DNA from: Eremomyces bilateralis CBS 781.70
Taxonomy: Eukaryota
Assembly: GCA_010015585.1 (NCBI GenBank)
Contig: ML975179.1
Reading direction: 5' to 3' (one strand)
DNA: 64,000 nucleotides
Positions 1 to 12,480 of this stretch are shown piece by piece. The position numbers were made by a program, and so were the translations under genes. The stretch's first letter is position 1, and the number at the start of each line of letters is the position of its first letter. Below the pieces are notes generated by a model, which saw nothing but the letters and a program-made list of their open reading frames with translations, ran no database searches and was not told the DNA's origin.

Positions 1-442
1 TGCGGAAAACGGCCACGAACCTTATGGTAGGTCGGCATTCCGGATCAAATCTTACCGTATTTGAAGTTTAACAACCCACCAGAGAAATTCGCTGCAGCGG
101 ACACCAGAGCGGGTATACGAATCCTTCTTGTCCGCCCTTCAAATGGTAAGCCCCCTTTCAGTGGTTTAGAGCTAAGCTAACCTCTTCCAGTTGCCAGATG
201 CATATGCAAACAATCCCAATACTCATGAAAATGTGGAAGACGTTGTTGTTACGGCCAAATGTCTCATCAAGCAACTGTTGGATGAACTAATAGCGAGGAA
301 CCATCCCGAAGGGCTGACCTGGAGACTTCTGGAAAGCTTTGTTGACGTAATCGATCAGGCTAGATACTTCACAACTGAGCAGAAGGTTCATATCATGAAA
401 GAAGTCCCTTTCTACAACAGATCGGGATATGCTAGTTTCTAG
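1..442 (+). CDS. 3' end of an unidentified intron-containing gene that begins before the window
   Basis: GTAAG...GCTAAC...CAG intron at 146-190 joins ...LQRTPERVYESFLSALQM in frame to the 191-442 ORF (LPDAYANN...GYASF*). Product not recognised. Confidence 0.5.
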
Positions 443-1571
443 TAGATTCCAGACCGCCGCGCTGTCGGCTGGTGCAAACGCATCCATTCTTCATATCATG
501 TTCTAGCGCACTGTAGTTTAATTGACTACTTAGCTAAATGCCACAAAAGATCCTCCATTCTCGGATGCCATTCCTGATACAGTGCGTGGTAATTTCGCCG
601 TCTACCCATAGCACGCTGTGTCCCTACTGTATATCAGTGACTCAGTGCTTCAACCAAGGCGAAAACTTAAAGTACGGAGATTAAATGCTTCAAGAACCTA
701 CCTAGTGTCAACAGTTGCTATAGGGAAAGAACAATCCTATAGTTATATGTTTGCCGGCGGTTTAAGATATATCATTGCTTGTCCCTAGATATGCATGCCT
801 CCAGGGCAATTTCTGACAACAATATAACTCTTTGGCTCCTATTGAGAGATACAACTGGTCTCCGCCATCCTAGCCCCCTTTCAAATGCAGATCACAAATA
901 GCAAGCTCACAAATCATAAATTTGCTCACCGTAAGTAGCGGTCAGTGGCCCCATTTTCAAGTCAGTGAATGGGAGGCCCATATAATGAATATGGAATATC
1001 AGTATTGTAGTTTATCATCATTGTATCCTTTCTCTTCTCGGGTATAAAAGAATTCATTCTCGCTGGACGAATTCAAAACTCTTCAACATCACTATACGAA
1101 CGTTAGTCTGCAGAACAAGTTCAAGGCCGAGCTTGGGATTCAGCATTGGTAAACCATCCGGCATGGCCAACTCTAAAGCACTACACCCTTTATCAGTTGG
1201 TTGGAGGCAAGAAAAGAGCGAGCTGGATACATGGGAGCGCAATGATGAAAAAGGAAGGGTGCTGGTGACAAAAATTGGGATTCGTACACACACTGGGTTT
1301 GATAGTAACACGAGCTCAAGTAGGCTAGAGTAGTGGAAGCTGCTGCGTTGGCGGGAACGGCGCGAAATCATTAGAGCGTTGTAGACAACTATCGAAACAC
1401 AGCCAGAGCACGAGACTCTCAGCGCACAGCTATACTTTCTATTAAGAGAGACGATCTGGTATTCAAGCTTGTGTTCAATGGAGCAGAAGTAGTTTGCTTG
1501 TTGGAGAAGGATGAGTAGCACATTCCAAGCTCTTTTACAACCGACAGGTAGCCATCAGAAGCATGATGTCT

Positions 1572-2243
1572 TCATGTTCTCTCTTTCATCAAAGCTGGAG
1601 ATACACTCGAATGGATTTCCTCACACGGGAATTGAAAGGCATCAAAGAGTGTACTGATTTCGGCGTCATTCTTGTCTTGAGGTGTACGGTCCCTATCCTC
1701 GTCGGGAACATAAAGGAAATCTTCAATCTGGAATATATCATCGTTTTTCCCTGTAGAATTTGTGTCATCGACTGGGGAATAGGTATCTGAATCGCGCAGG
1801 CGCTTCGTGGCCAGAAAGTGATCTCTCGGTGAGCAGCCAACATGCTCAGCAAAGACCTTGTGGAGATATCGCGGCGTGAGACCCACTCTCATTGCAAGCT
1901 CGTTAAGAGTAATTTGACTGCCTTTCCCCGAGCATTCGCTTGCGTTTAGTTCGATGATCCTCTTTGCTTCATTCACAGCTGCAGCGACACGCTCACTGGG
2001 CGCTCCAATTCCTGCCCTCTTTGTTGATTGAGGCTGGCACCTCTTACACGGTCTAAAACCTTCCGTTTCAGCTCGCCCCGCGTCGTCAAAGAAGACAATA
2101 TTCGCCCGTCTAGCAAGGCGAGATGCACAGTTAGGTCGGCAGTATATCCCGGTGGTTTTCACTGCGTAGACAAATGCAGATGATGCGTTGGAGTCGCGGG
2201 AGGACACCGCGATGCAGCGGGCCTGGGACGACGTGTATGCCAT
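1572..2243 (-). CDS. Ada-type methylphosphotriester-DNA alkyltransferase / transcription regulator (Ada Zn-binding domain plus AraC-like HTH)
   Basis: 223-aa ORF with FVYAVKTTGIYCRPNC...GFRPCKRC (four Zn-ligand cysteines as in E. coli Ada N-domain) followed by TLNELAMRVGLTPRYLHKVF, an AraC-type HTH. Confidence 0.9.
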   Translation of the reverse strand: MAYTSSQARCIAVSSRDSNASSAFVYAVKTTGIYCRPNCASRLARRANIVFFDDAGRAETEGFRPCKRCQPQSTKRAGIGAPSERVAAAVNEAKRIIELNASECSGKGSQITLNELAMRVGLTPRYLHKVFAEHVGCSPRDHFLATKRLRDSDTYSPVDDTNSTGKNDDIFQIEDFLYVPDEDRDRTPQDKNDAEISTLFDAFQFPCEEIHSSVSPALMKERT

Positions 2244-2929
2244 GGACGAATCGCGCCAAAGCGCCCCAGGAGTGGAGGTTTTGGAGAAAGCTAGTAATTA
2301 TTATAACATGTCACTCCGACCCATTCTGAAAAGACGATCGGGCGAACCTTAAGATGGATTTGATGACATCGATGCGACAAATGTCGCGACAGAGCAAACT
2401 ACCCTCCGCCCACTTTCTTGACGCCACAGTTGAAAGTGGGACTGTGCTAGGATATCCATATGGATCCTTGCCGCAATTTTGGCGCCATTTAAGTCATCAG
2501 TAATAAGCGATCACTTTTATCAATTCACGAGTGCCTGATCTCTTTCCAGGATCTAAGATCGAATATTTCCTGATATGGAACAAGAATTGTTTCGTAGCAA
2601 CATTGCGGCGTCATGAGTGAATGGCTATTCGTCCCATCAGAGTGGACAGCCAATCGTGGCGCTGGACCAGTCGGTTCGCCTGTCTTCATGAACCGGAAAG
2701 GCTGTGAATCTCAGGCATGGTTTGATACCCAGACATTTCAAAGTTTCATGATTGAGGCAAAGCGGGTAGCACCCTCGCTGATAGAGCCATGGGTATCGAC
2801 TGAGGCATATAAACAGGACTCCATTGGGACTGACTTATATCATGCCGCGAGGAATCATTGAGAGAATGATTCAACGCCAACAGCATCACATTCAATCAAC
2901 AATAGCCCAATATTTTATCATTCGACATC

Positions 2930-5900
2930 ATGACTAGCACAAGCAGGGAAGAAGCGAATGTTCTGATCCAAGAACTGGCGACCGAGAATGGTTGGCTTTC
3001 AGCCGAAGATCGCGAATATCTTCGAGTGAATCGCCCACATATCATCAAAAGCGTTGACGGAGCTCGACGGTTGGCTTGTGCAAGCACAGAGGCGTAGGTA
3101 TTCTACTCTCTTTAAATGCTTTTGACTAACTCTCCTAGACTGTCCCGTAATTTGTACTCGAAGGATACCCGCTTCGTGTACGAATTGATCCAAAACGTGG
3201 AAGACAACAAGTACTCTATCGCCGATGGAAACAAGGAGCGTCCTCATCTCTCATTCATTGTTTCAGCCAAGAGTATTATAATCGACTCCAATGAGGATGG
3301 ATTCTCCGAGGCCAATACCCGGGCAATCTGTAAGGTAGGAGAAAGCACCAAGTCGGGAATCGAAGGCTATGTTGGAGAGAAAGGCATTGGATTCAAATCT
3401 GTCTTCAAAGTTGCCCGCAAGGTTCACGTCCAGTCGGAACCATATTCGTTTGCATTCGAGTACAATCGTGGATTACCAGACTCTGGGCTTGGAATGGTCA
3501 CACCCCTCGTGGAACCTCCCCGTCGGCTGCCGTTGGGTTTTCGGACCCGTATCATTCTTGAACTGAATGATAGGGTCGACAAGGACGCCCTGCTTCGCGA
3601 GTTTGAGGCTCTTCCGGACACCCTTCTATTATTTCTACGGAAATTAAAAAAAGCTTTCAATTCGTATCGAAAGACTTGAGAAGGATGTCCGAAAGGTGTA
3701 CGAATTGTCGACCGAGAATAATAGAGCTCGTATCGCTCGAACCATCGAAAATGACACTGTCAATCTCAACTTCTGGATCGCGAGCAAATCAATTACTGAT
3801 ATGCCTGAGGAAGAAGCAAGAACAGGTATCACGACAGCAGATGTGCTTTTGGCCTTTCCTCTCAATCAGGATGACGTTCCAACTGTTGAGGAGCAGCATA
3901 TATTCGCCTTTCTTCCTCTCCGGAAGGTTGGTTTCAAGGTATCCTCCAGACTCTCTTAACAAAAACTGCCGACGCTGACCTGATTAGTTTCTCATCCAGT
4001 CCGACTTCATAACTCAGGCCAGCCGCGAAGATGTTTCCAATTGCCCTTGGAACCGACGAATTCTGGACGAAATTGTCAATCTTTTCTTGGCAGATACTAT
4101 CTCTGGATTCTTGGATCAACCGACCTTGAAATATTCATGGCTCCGCTATCTGACAACGAATGGGGTGCCCGATGAGTTTTGGGGCACACTTCAAAATCGG
4201 CTATTCTCCCAGCTCATGAATCACAATTGTTTCATTCCATTGGGGGACCGCGGTACCACAATTGCTAGATCATTAAGACTTGTTCCGACTTCTTTAAGAG
4301 ACGTTGAAAACCGACCTCTGCTGCCCGAATGCGACTGTACTACACCTCACCTTCATAGTCGCTACGTCTCAAGTAGGTACGACGCCACTCTTGACATTCC
4401 AATCCTCCGAAAACTCGGCCTCGAAACATTGTCCACTGCAAAATTCATTGGGCTCTTGCGTTGTGACTTGAAACCCAACGGCTACTCTCGGCTGCGAACG
4501 ACGCCAGTGGAATCACGATGGCATACATACCTCTCTAGGTCCTTGCTTCGAGCAGTAGCCACTTCAGAACAATTTGCAATCGGTATTAAGAAGCTGCCAC
4601 TAGTGCCACTTCTCGAGGATGAGCGATGGGTTCCACCATTTAATGCATCGATCTATTTCCCAAACTGCCGAGGGATCGATATTCCGCGGGATCTTCCCCT
4701 GAGTCTAGTTGATCCACGGGCACTTGTCAATGACGAAAGAACAAAGCTATTTCGAGAACTCGGAGTGTCGGAATGTGATCCCGAGCGAATCTTTCCATTG
4801 CTAGAACAGGCCTGCAGAAAGGATGACTGGACGATGGACAAAGCTCTCGACCATCTCAAGTTTGTATTCTGGAACCATGCCGATCTACCATCTCGGGGAC
4901 AGAGAATTTCTCTTATGGTTGTGAGCACAGTTTTTTCGAAACTAGTCCCTGATTCGTCGACCGGGTGGTTGTACAGCCCAAGCAGCGCAGACTCTTGCGG
5001 CGCAGCCAATGTCATCGGCTGTCCAGTTCCGAAGCAGCTAGAGGGAAAGATGCTGTTTTTACATCCACGCTACTATGAAGTGTTTGGAGCTTGCGAACGA
5101 AGATATGACAAGACTGGCATCGAATGGCTCGAAGAATTCGTCCAGGTCAGGTCCATACCAGAGCCCAGGAATAAAGCTGGAACAGCAATTTCTGAAGAGT
5201 CCAAATACCTGGCAACTCAGAAAGCACATTCGATTGCTCTCGGAGTTCTCAAGCGGCAATGGTCTCATGTTGACCTCGACATCCAATGGAAAGCAGATTT
5301 CCAGAAGCTGGCCCGAGTACCGATACTCCATTCAGATGATATCTCACCATTGAGCTCAACATATCTTCCACTCCCAAAATTGAAAGCTATCGTTGATCGA
5401 CTGAGCTTCAGAGCAGTTTTAGATTCATCAAGGAGCTTGATGGAATGGAGGATGACGACGTGTCCGATTGGAGTTTCTTGCGTCACTTAGGAGTGCAGTA
5501 CGAAGAAGATTTTTAATTCTGGTTGCTACTGTTGAAGAAGGCTCCCGAAAAGAAGAACCCAGGATATATTGTAATGTCAGAGGTATACTCCAGACTTGTA
5601 GGTTTCTGCTCGACACCAAGTCACAAAACCATTCTCAGGTACCTGATGAATGTCCCAATCTGGGAGCAGGACTAACAGTTACAGAACAATCTTCGGTGCT
5701 ATTGAAGCCACTTCGGTTTCCGTGGTATGATAAGCAGCTTCCTCCTCTTGCCGGACAAGACTAGAGAGCTGTTTGAGTGTTCCTCTGAAAAGAACTATAT
5801 CTTCACTAGGAAAGATACATGGTACCCCCCGAGTTCCTGTCGGTGGAATACTCCGACTTGGTACCGTCATCATCCCACCCTTGCTCGACTACCTGGATAC

Positions 5901-8190
5901 GACTCCCTTAAGACATTTTTCGTCGATGATCTTTCAGTTCCGACTGAACCGGGAGTGGACGATTACTTGAGTTACATTGCATACTTAACAAAGCCAAGCG
6001 TTGTAGCAAGAAGAGACGAAATCCTCAAACTTCTCTACGATAATCTCCACTCGGAGATTCGAGGGGACAATTCTTGGAAGGAAGCTGTCAAGTGAGTTAA
6101 CCGTACTTCCACTCACTTAATTCTTGTGCTAATTCAGCTAGAAATCGTTTCGAATCTGATAAGCTTGTCTACAACTTCCAGGACCAGACATGGCACAGTC
6201 CATCAACTTGCGTCTGGGCCAACGACACTGCGCGCCTACCCCAGAAATTCTCTGTTGCAACGGAGTACTTCGCGCAGAAACCTTTCTTCCGGGCGGTCCT
6301 TGGGATTGAAGAGCCGAAGCTTCCTCTGTACATCCAATCATTGAAGCAGGAAGCATCTGAATCGCCGAGCAGCGATTCAATCAAGCAACTTATCAGGAAC
6401 ATTTGTCAGTTCGGTCCTACTGCGAGCGATCTAACAATTCTCTTCGACAGCAAATGCTTCCCCGTTCGCCTCCCGGATGGAACACTGGCTTGGATGAATG
6501 GCAAGGAGGACTTTGCTATCGTTGATCGGCAGGAATACGAAACTCTCTTCCGGGGACAGCTCAAAACGTTGGATTTCTCCAAGGAGGAAGTCCACGAAAT
6601 GGAGGTCTTTCTCATCGGGCTAGGTCTCCAGAAGCGATACCTTTCCGGCACAGTCGCAGCTGAGACGACGGCATCTAGAAGCTCGATCGATCACTCAATG
6701 ACCACCGAGTTGAGAAGAAAGGCATATGCGATTTGCCGGTAAGTGTTCATTACCAGCATTGGATCAGTATTGATTGAGCTAGGTATGCTGCTCATGCGAG
6801 ATGCACTGCGGTTTGCGACGACCCAGTCGAATGTTTCGAGAAGCTTCAGAACATAACTGTCCTGCTAGTGAGGAATTTTCAAAGACACTGACTACCTACC
6901 AGGATGGCAGACCAGTCACTATGGTTTCCGGGAAGGCATACTGCCACCTGGAAGACGTAGACAACGAGGTTTGCAATGTTGAAAGCAACGAAAGAGATGA
7001 TCCTGAGGATTCAGCTGGTCTGAAAGTATATATCCCAAGGGACCCCCGGCTTCAACATCGATGCCTTCTGACTCACCTGCCGCAAGCTATTCTCAGTCAC
7101 TTCGGCGCCCCGAACAGCTCTGTTGGAGAATTGGGCAGCATATTCTCAGCCCACGGGCTTGCAGACGTTGACGAAATTCTAGAAAACGCTGGGGTTATTT
7201 CCGTGGCTTGTGTCAATCGACCTGAAGATGTAGAGTTGAATTCGTCTGAACCGGAAGAAGACGACGATCCAATGTTCCAGTTATCAGATGACACTGGAGA
7301 GGCTGAACCGGTTACACCGCCTCGACCTACATTCCTGGAGCAGGCACAATTTACCTTCCGCCCGTCCAGTTCAAGATCCAGCCACTTCATTTCTCAAAGG
7401 AACTCTGGGCTTTCGCCAAGTTCGAACTTAACTCCCGCGACGTTAGTCTTCAGTACACCAGGTACTCAAGAAGATCCTGCTCGCTACACGATGCTTCTCG
7501 AAGTGGCGGTCGACAGCGCTCGGCGCGGTCCGCAATTTCCGCGCGTTGGTGAAACTTCCGCTGTATCTCTTGAGCCTTGCCTTTCAAAGTTCGAGGTTGA
7601 TGTGGCGGTGACTGGTGCCCAGAGAGACTTCAAAGTTGGAGCAGCTGGAGAACTCTTTGTAGGTCTGTCGTTCGGTCTAGGAGTATTGCTAATTTGAGCA
7701 GATGTTTGAATGGTTGAAGAGTCTCCAATTACCGAACTTCGGCCTTGAGAGTTGGCAGTCTAGGATTCGAAATCTCGTTCGGTCACATTATGATTACACG
7801 GCGCTGACGAATTGGTCATTACCTGAGACTTCAGACATCGTTTACGAAGACTACAAGAGCAAACTTACCGGCCTTCTGATCGCCAATGGCTATCTCCGGT
7901 CTGATATCTGGGCAAGGGAGCAACCAAAGTACCATATTGAGGTGAAAGCCTCCACGGGCCGCCTCACCACACCGTTCTACGTGAGCCGCAACCAGTACGA
8001 CCTCATGATGGACACCACACTACCCACAGATTCGGCTTCGGGCAGAGTATACATCCTCGCGAGAGTGTTCAATCTCGGCCAGTCGGATATGAGGCTGAAG
8101 TTGTATCTTGACCCGAACCGGTTGGAGCGTGAAGCCAGGCTGAGGTTCAGATCGGATAAGTATGAGGTGACGGAAGCAGCAGAATTTTGA
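2930..8190 (+). pseudogene. NO VEIN/sacsin-like protein: N-terminal GHKL (HSP90-like) ATPase and C-terminal DUF3883-like PD-(D/E)xK domain; reading frame disrupted
   Basis: Motifs YELIQNVEDN, NEDGFS, GEKGIGFKSVF, FLIQSDF..ASRE..WN; C-terminus GAAGELF..SDIVYED..IEVKAS..FYVSRNQY. Introns at about 3094-3138, 3939-3987, 5639-5684, 6092-6140, 6739-6782 and 7659-7701. Frameshifts near 3650, 5405, 5700 and 6862; in-frame TAA at 5514-5516. Confidence 0.8.
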
Positions 8191-9485
8191 GAGGATTTGA
8201 GACCGTGTCTGTAGTTTGATTGTGAAGGACGTAGTTCAGCAATCGTAGTATATCATATTTCATCTTTCTGGCCAGCTCTGCTGGCATTCAAGTTGTAATG
8301 TACATGGTCAAACATCAATTTGAAAAGGGTCGTTCAGTCCTGTGCAGCAGTTTATATGACAACGGCATTGAATCGAGCCACTCGAATTCGTCTGAATTGG
8401 TCCTCTGAGTAGCCTTGATACCTCTTCTCCAGATTTTCACCAATCCGAGCCCGGCGGTTGTGCCATATCAGTGTCATCCGCGCTCCAGTCGCAGTCCTAG
8501 TTCTTTCCTTCTCCTCCACATTTCATGGCCACCTCGCTCCTTCCATCATGCTTCTCTCCACAGATCGTGTCCATCTCTCAAATCCTTTCCTCTCTTCTAT
8601 GCTTCCTCCGATCGTTCCTGCTCTCGCCTCACTCCATGCGAACAAAGACCTCGGGATCTCGACCACCACTGCAATGTAACATGACAACACCACGGAGCGA
8701 TTGCTGTGATGCTGTCTTTTTAATTCCTCTCTACTAACTAACTAACTACAGCTAATGTACTATGCAATCAGCTTTGAAAGAGGAGGGAAAGGTTCTCAGG
8801 GGTTTGAAACCGCTTCAAGATTCCCTCCAGAAAGTCTTCTACAATGCAATCCGGAACGCAGTCTCCCAATTCCGCCAAAACGACCAGGTCAATACATGAT
8901 TCACACAATACAATTCTATCGAGACCACTCTAGCGTTTGGTGTTTCACTCATAGGATATTTCTGGACCACCAATGTCACATGCATCTCTATGCCCTTCTA
9001 GTATCAATTAGCTAAGGGCAAACCAAAGTTGACACGTGGAGTTCGGTCGGCGCGAGTGACCACTAGCGACATTCCAGGGGTATCAGCTCGTGTCTGTCAA
9101 TGAGTGAGCCAGACTGGTGATAAGGAGGAAATGGCCGACTTCCTCTAATATGCCATGCTAGTAACTAGTGATACGGGGCGGTTCAAACGAGATCAGTTCA
9201 CAGTGGGGGCGTGTAATCCTTATAAAGTGGATATGTTCAGAGAGATATAGAGTAGAAGCATCTTATTCGCGATTGATATTTACATTGAAAGTCCCATCGC
9301 TCATGATCATAACAAATGGCAACTGTAGGCCAGGGATATCAAACCGAACCCGAAGGAACCAACAAAATCGCCGAGACTAGATGGTCAGTAAAGGAAAGCC
9401 GACATCGAGACGGTTGGGTCCAACACCGAGATATTACAAGGATAGACTTTCTCCTCCTTTCTCCAATAATCCCAATGAATCGTCT

Positions 9486-12480
9486 TCACAGCGCGTAGTT
9501 CTCCGCATGCAAGAATATCTCTTCTATACCCTCCACCTTCTCTCCTCTCGGCCCCGTCCCACTGACGACCATGCGCTGTAACTGCGCCACCTGCTCACTT
9601 ACTGCTATCCGCATGCTCGGCGGCCCACATACGAACACACATGTCCTCCTCCCCCATCCCCGGCTCGCCTCTCGCAGCATAAATGGAATATCTGGCCGAC
9701 CGTACTCAATGCTCCAACCAGGTCGATACGGAGCCTCGCGCTCCTGAGGGCTTTCAGCGTCGTTCCCAGGCTTCCGCCTTGGTCGCGGAATGGATAGCAG
9801 TGATTTGCGCTTCGATGTAGAATCATCCGCACCAGATTTAAAAAAGCCTGACTTGGATAGTTTCCTGGGCGGTGGGTGTCCCGGACTCGGCTTCGCTGGG
9901 CCGATCATGCTTGCCGCAACAGGGTTGATTGGGCCGGGTAAAAATGCAAACCTCATTAGGTTCTTCTGGAACTCGGTCGGTGTGCTGGGGAACCCGAAGT
10001 CAAAGTTCGTGGCTTGCGTGCGGTTCGACGGGTCGGACAAATTGTTGTCAGGGGACTTCTCATCCTTGGAGGCGACGCCGGACATATCCCACATTCGACC
10101 ACGAAAGCTGTGTGGACTTGATGGGGAAATGGCGGAGGCAGTCGCGGCTGTGTTGGGGTCTAGAGCACCGGTGCCAGCTGCCACGGCCTGGGCGACGTCT
10201 AGGGAGAGATTGCGGGAATGGGAGGCATGGGATTGAGCATACTTGCGACGCTCAGCCCAAGTGGTAAAACGGATATCCTGTGGGTTATAGGGGTCTTCCT
10301 CCGCGTATTCAGGAGCGTCACCGTCCGACCCTGGCGGGGCGAGGTGGCCTCTGCTTCCGCTTCTTGCAGAGACGAGTTGTGCTTGTGGGAGTGCAGTTAT
10401 GGCGTCTTCGTTTTCGCGGCGCATTTCCTCGCGCTCAGTATCCCCATGAGCCTCCTCTTGGATAAGTGCACTGTTCCGATTGGAGAGGTTGGAGAGGTTG
10501 GAGAGGCGCTTGCGGTCGGGAATGCCGGAGAAGCGTTTTTCGGCGATGTCTTGGAAGACATCGTTCACCTTATCGTGGAAATACATGGACACTGGCCGCG
10601 TCGGAGTATGCGCCGAAACGAGCCCGCTCTGTCCTTCTATGCCGAGTCCCATCTGCATCATCTCCCTTTGTGATAGCCTCTTTGCTGCAGTGATATACAA
10701 CTGACAAGAGACACTGTCAGGTGGAGCAAATTCGCGACAGATCCGCAATTCTTCTTTGAACCATTCGAGGGTCTCCGGGCGCTTGAGCGCCCAAATGACT
10801 TGGACGGTCTTCGTGACAGCTTTGCCATCTCGCATACGCTTGATGAGATCCAACAATTGCGACACGATCGCGGTAATACCGGATCCGCCGGCGATGAGAA
10901 CTACCGAATCAAACGATTCGATGCGCCGACGCATTCCTCCATATGGTCCGTCAATGAACGCACGGTAGGTATGCCACGGTCCATGTTCTAGGGCGGTTTT
11001 GACAACCTTCTGAGTGAAGCCACCGAATGGACGGAAGACAAGGAGCATGTCTCTGTATCCGTCTCCATACTCTGAAGGGAAGTCATCGGAGCACAACGAT
11101 GCAATGGTGAACGGATGATTCTCAAACACCGAGATCCCTGGCATCCGCAGATACACATATTGTCCGGGTCTCCATTTGACTTGAGTCGGAATCGTGATCT
11201 TCACAGCATTCTCTGGGAGAAGTGTGATTGCAGACTCATCGCCAACCAGCCACGACATGCGAAATGGGTGCGTCCAATTCAGGTACAATAGCCGGAATAG
11301 GTATGATGCAAGCCAGATCCCAATCGTGGCAAACAGATAGTGCCACGATGTCAAATAATTCTTACAATGCCAAAACAGCATTCCGATAAAGACGATGGAA
11401 ATAGGGACATGAACAGCCACAAATAGCTCGTAGGCCCGACGTCGGAGGAATGGCAACGAATGGAGGCAAAGGAAGCCGAGGGGAACAAGACAGGCAATGC
11501 CTACATGGCTGATGTCAATATAGCCCGCATATATCAAGGGGCATGAAAAGCGTACCAGTGGAATAAATATACATTCCTCCTTGCGCCTCGAAAATTTTGT
11601 GGAAGCTATCCAGGGCCGCGGCATCGGTGATTGGTGTGATGTAGAATGGAACGGTATGGACGATGCTGAGCGCGAGACAGAGATAAGCTAGCCATCGATG
11701 GAGAACGTTGAGCCTTTCGTGTCCGACTCCAGTCAGTAAGGAGATGAAGTTCGCTTTCATGCTCAGTGCTACAATCCACGGGATCAAGGACACGGCGACC
11801 ATGCCCGCCCGAATTGCAAGTGGAGGCGATCCGTACGCGATGCTCTTGTAGAACAGTGGCTGCGGAATGAAGCAGTAACAAACGGTGAATACCATAGCAG
11901 CGGCTACAATGATGGAAACCGCTAGTGATGGGAAAGCAATTGGCCGCCATCCTTTCCTCAATCGTAGTTCCGGGATGGGTCGGTAGAAGAGGAAACGGAA
12001 CATCGCAACAAGCACATTGACCCAGTGCAATGACGACCAGTTGGACTCGAGCTTCGGTTTCGCCGGTAACGCTCCGTCCCGTGGAAAGAATTTAGCCGTC
12101 GACTTGTCTGTGTACAGTGCATTCATCTCGTAGTCCGTATCTGGTGATGACGTTTTCGATTGCGCCTTCGTGTCTTCCGCGTGGAGTGCCGTTCGTATCC
12201 GGTCGGTAAAATAATGATATGTCCTCAGCAGGAAAGCAACCACCAGGAGAATTATGCAGAAATACACCCAACCCAAGGCATATTTCCCGCTGAACCTCCA
12301 CGGATCTGTGCTGACCGCCTCTATCAGGTCTGGCGAGCTGGTTCTGTTCGTTGAAATATTGATGCGCTTGACGAGGAACGGCAGGTCGTCAAGCACCCCC
12401 CTTGCCATGATAATCGCATGACCAACACTATCAAATACCCCCTCCGCACTCATATCCATCAGTCCTGGTAATGCTGGCAT
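9486..12480 (-). CDS. Ferric/cupric reductase (FRE family metalloreductase)
   Basis: Two exons (intron 11555-11501). Haem-ligating histidines in LHRW..IVH and VHVP..WH; FAD motif ENHPFTI; NADPH motifs DGPYGG, AGGSGIT and VFVCGPPSM..HAENY. Confidence 0.93.

Noticed and set aside
1054..1560. 155-aa minus ORF and a TAG-interrupted plus frame next to the Ada gene
   Set aside because: No recognisable domain or splice structure.
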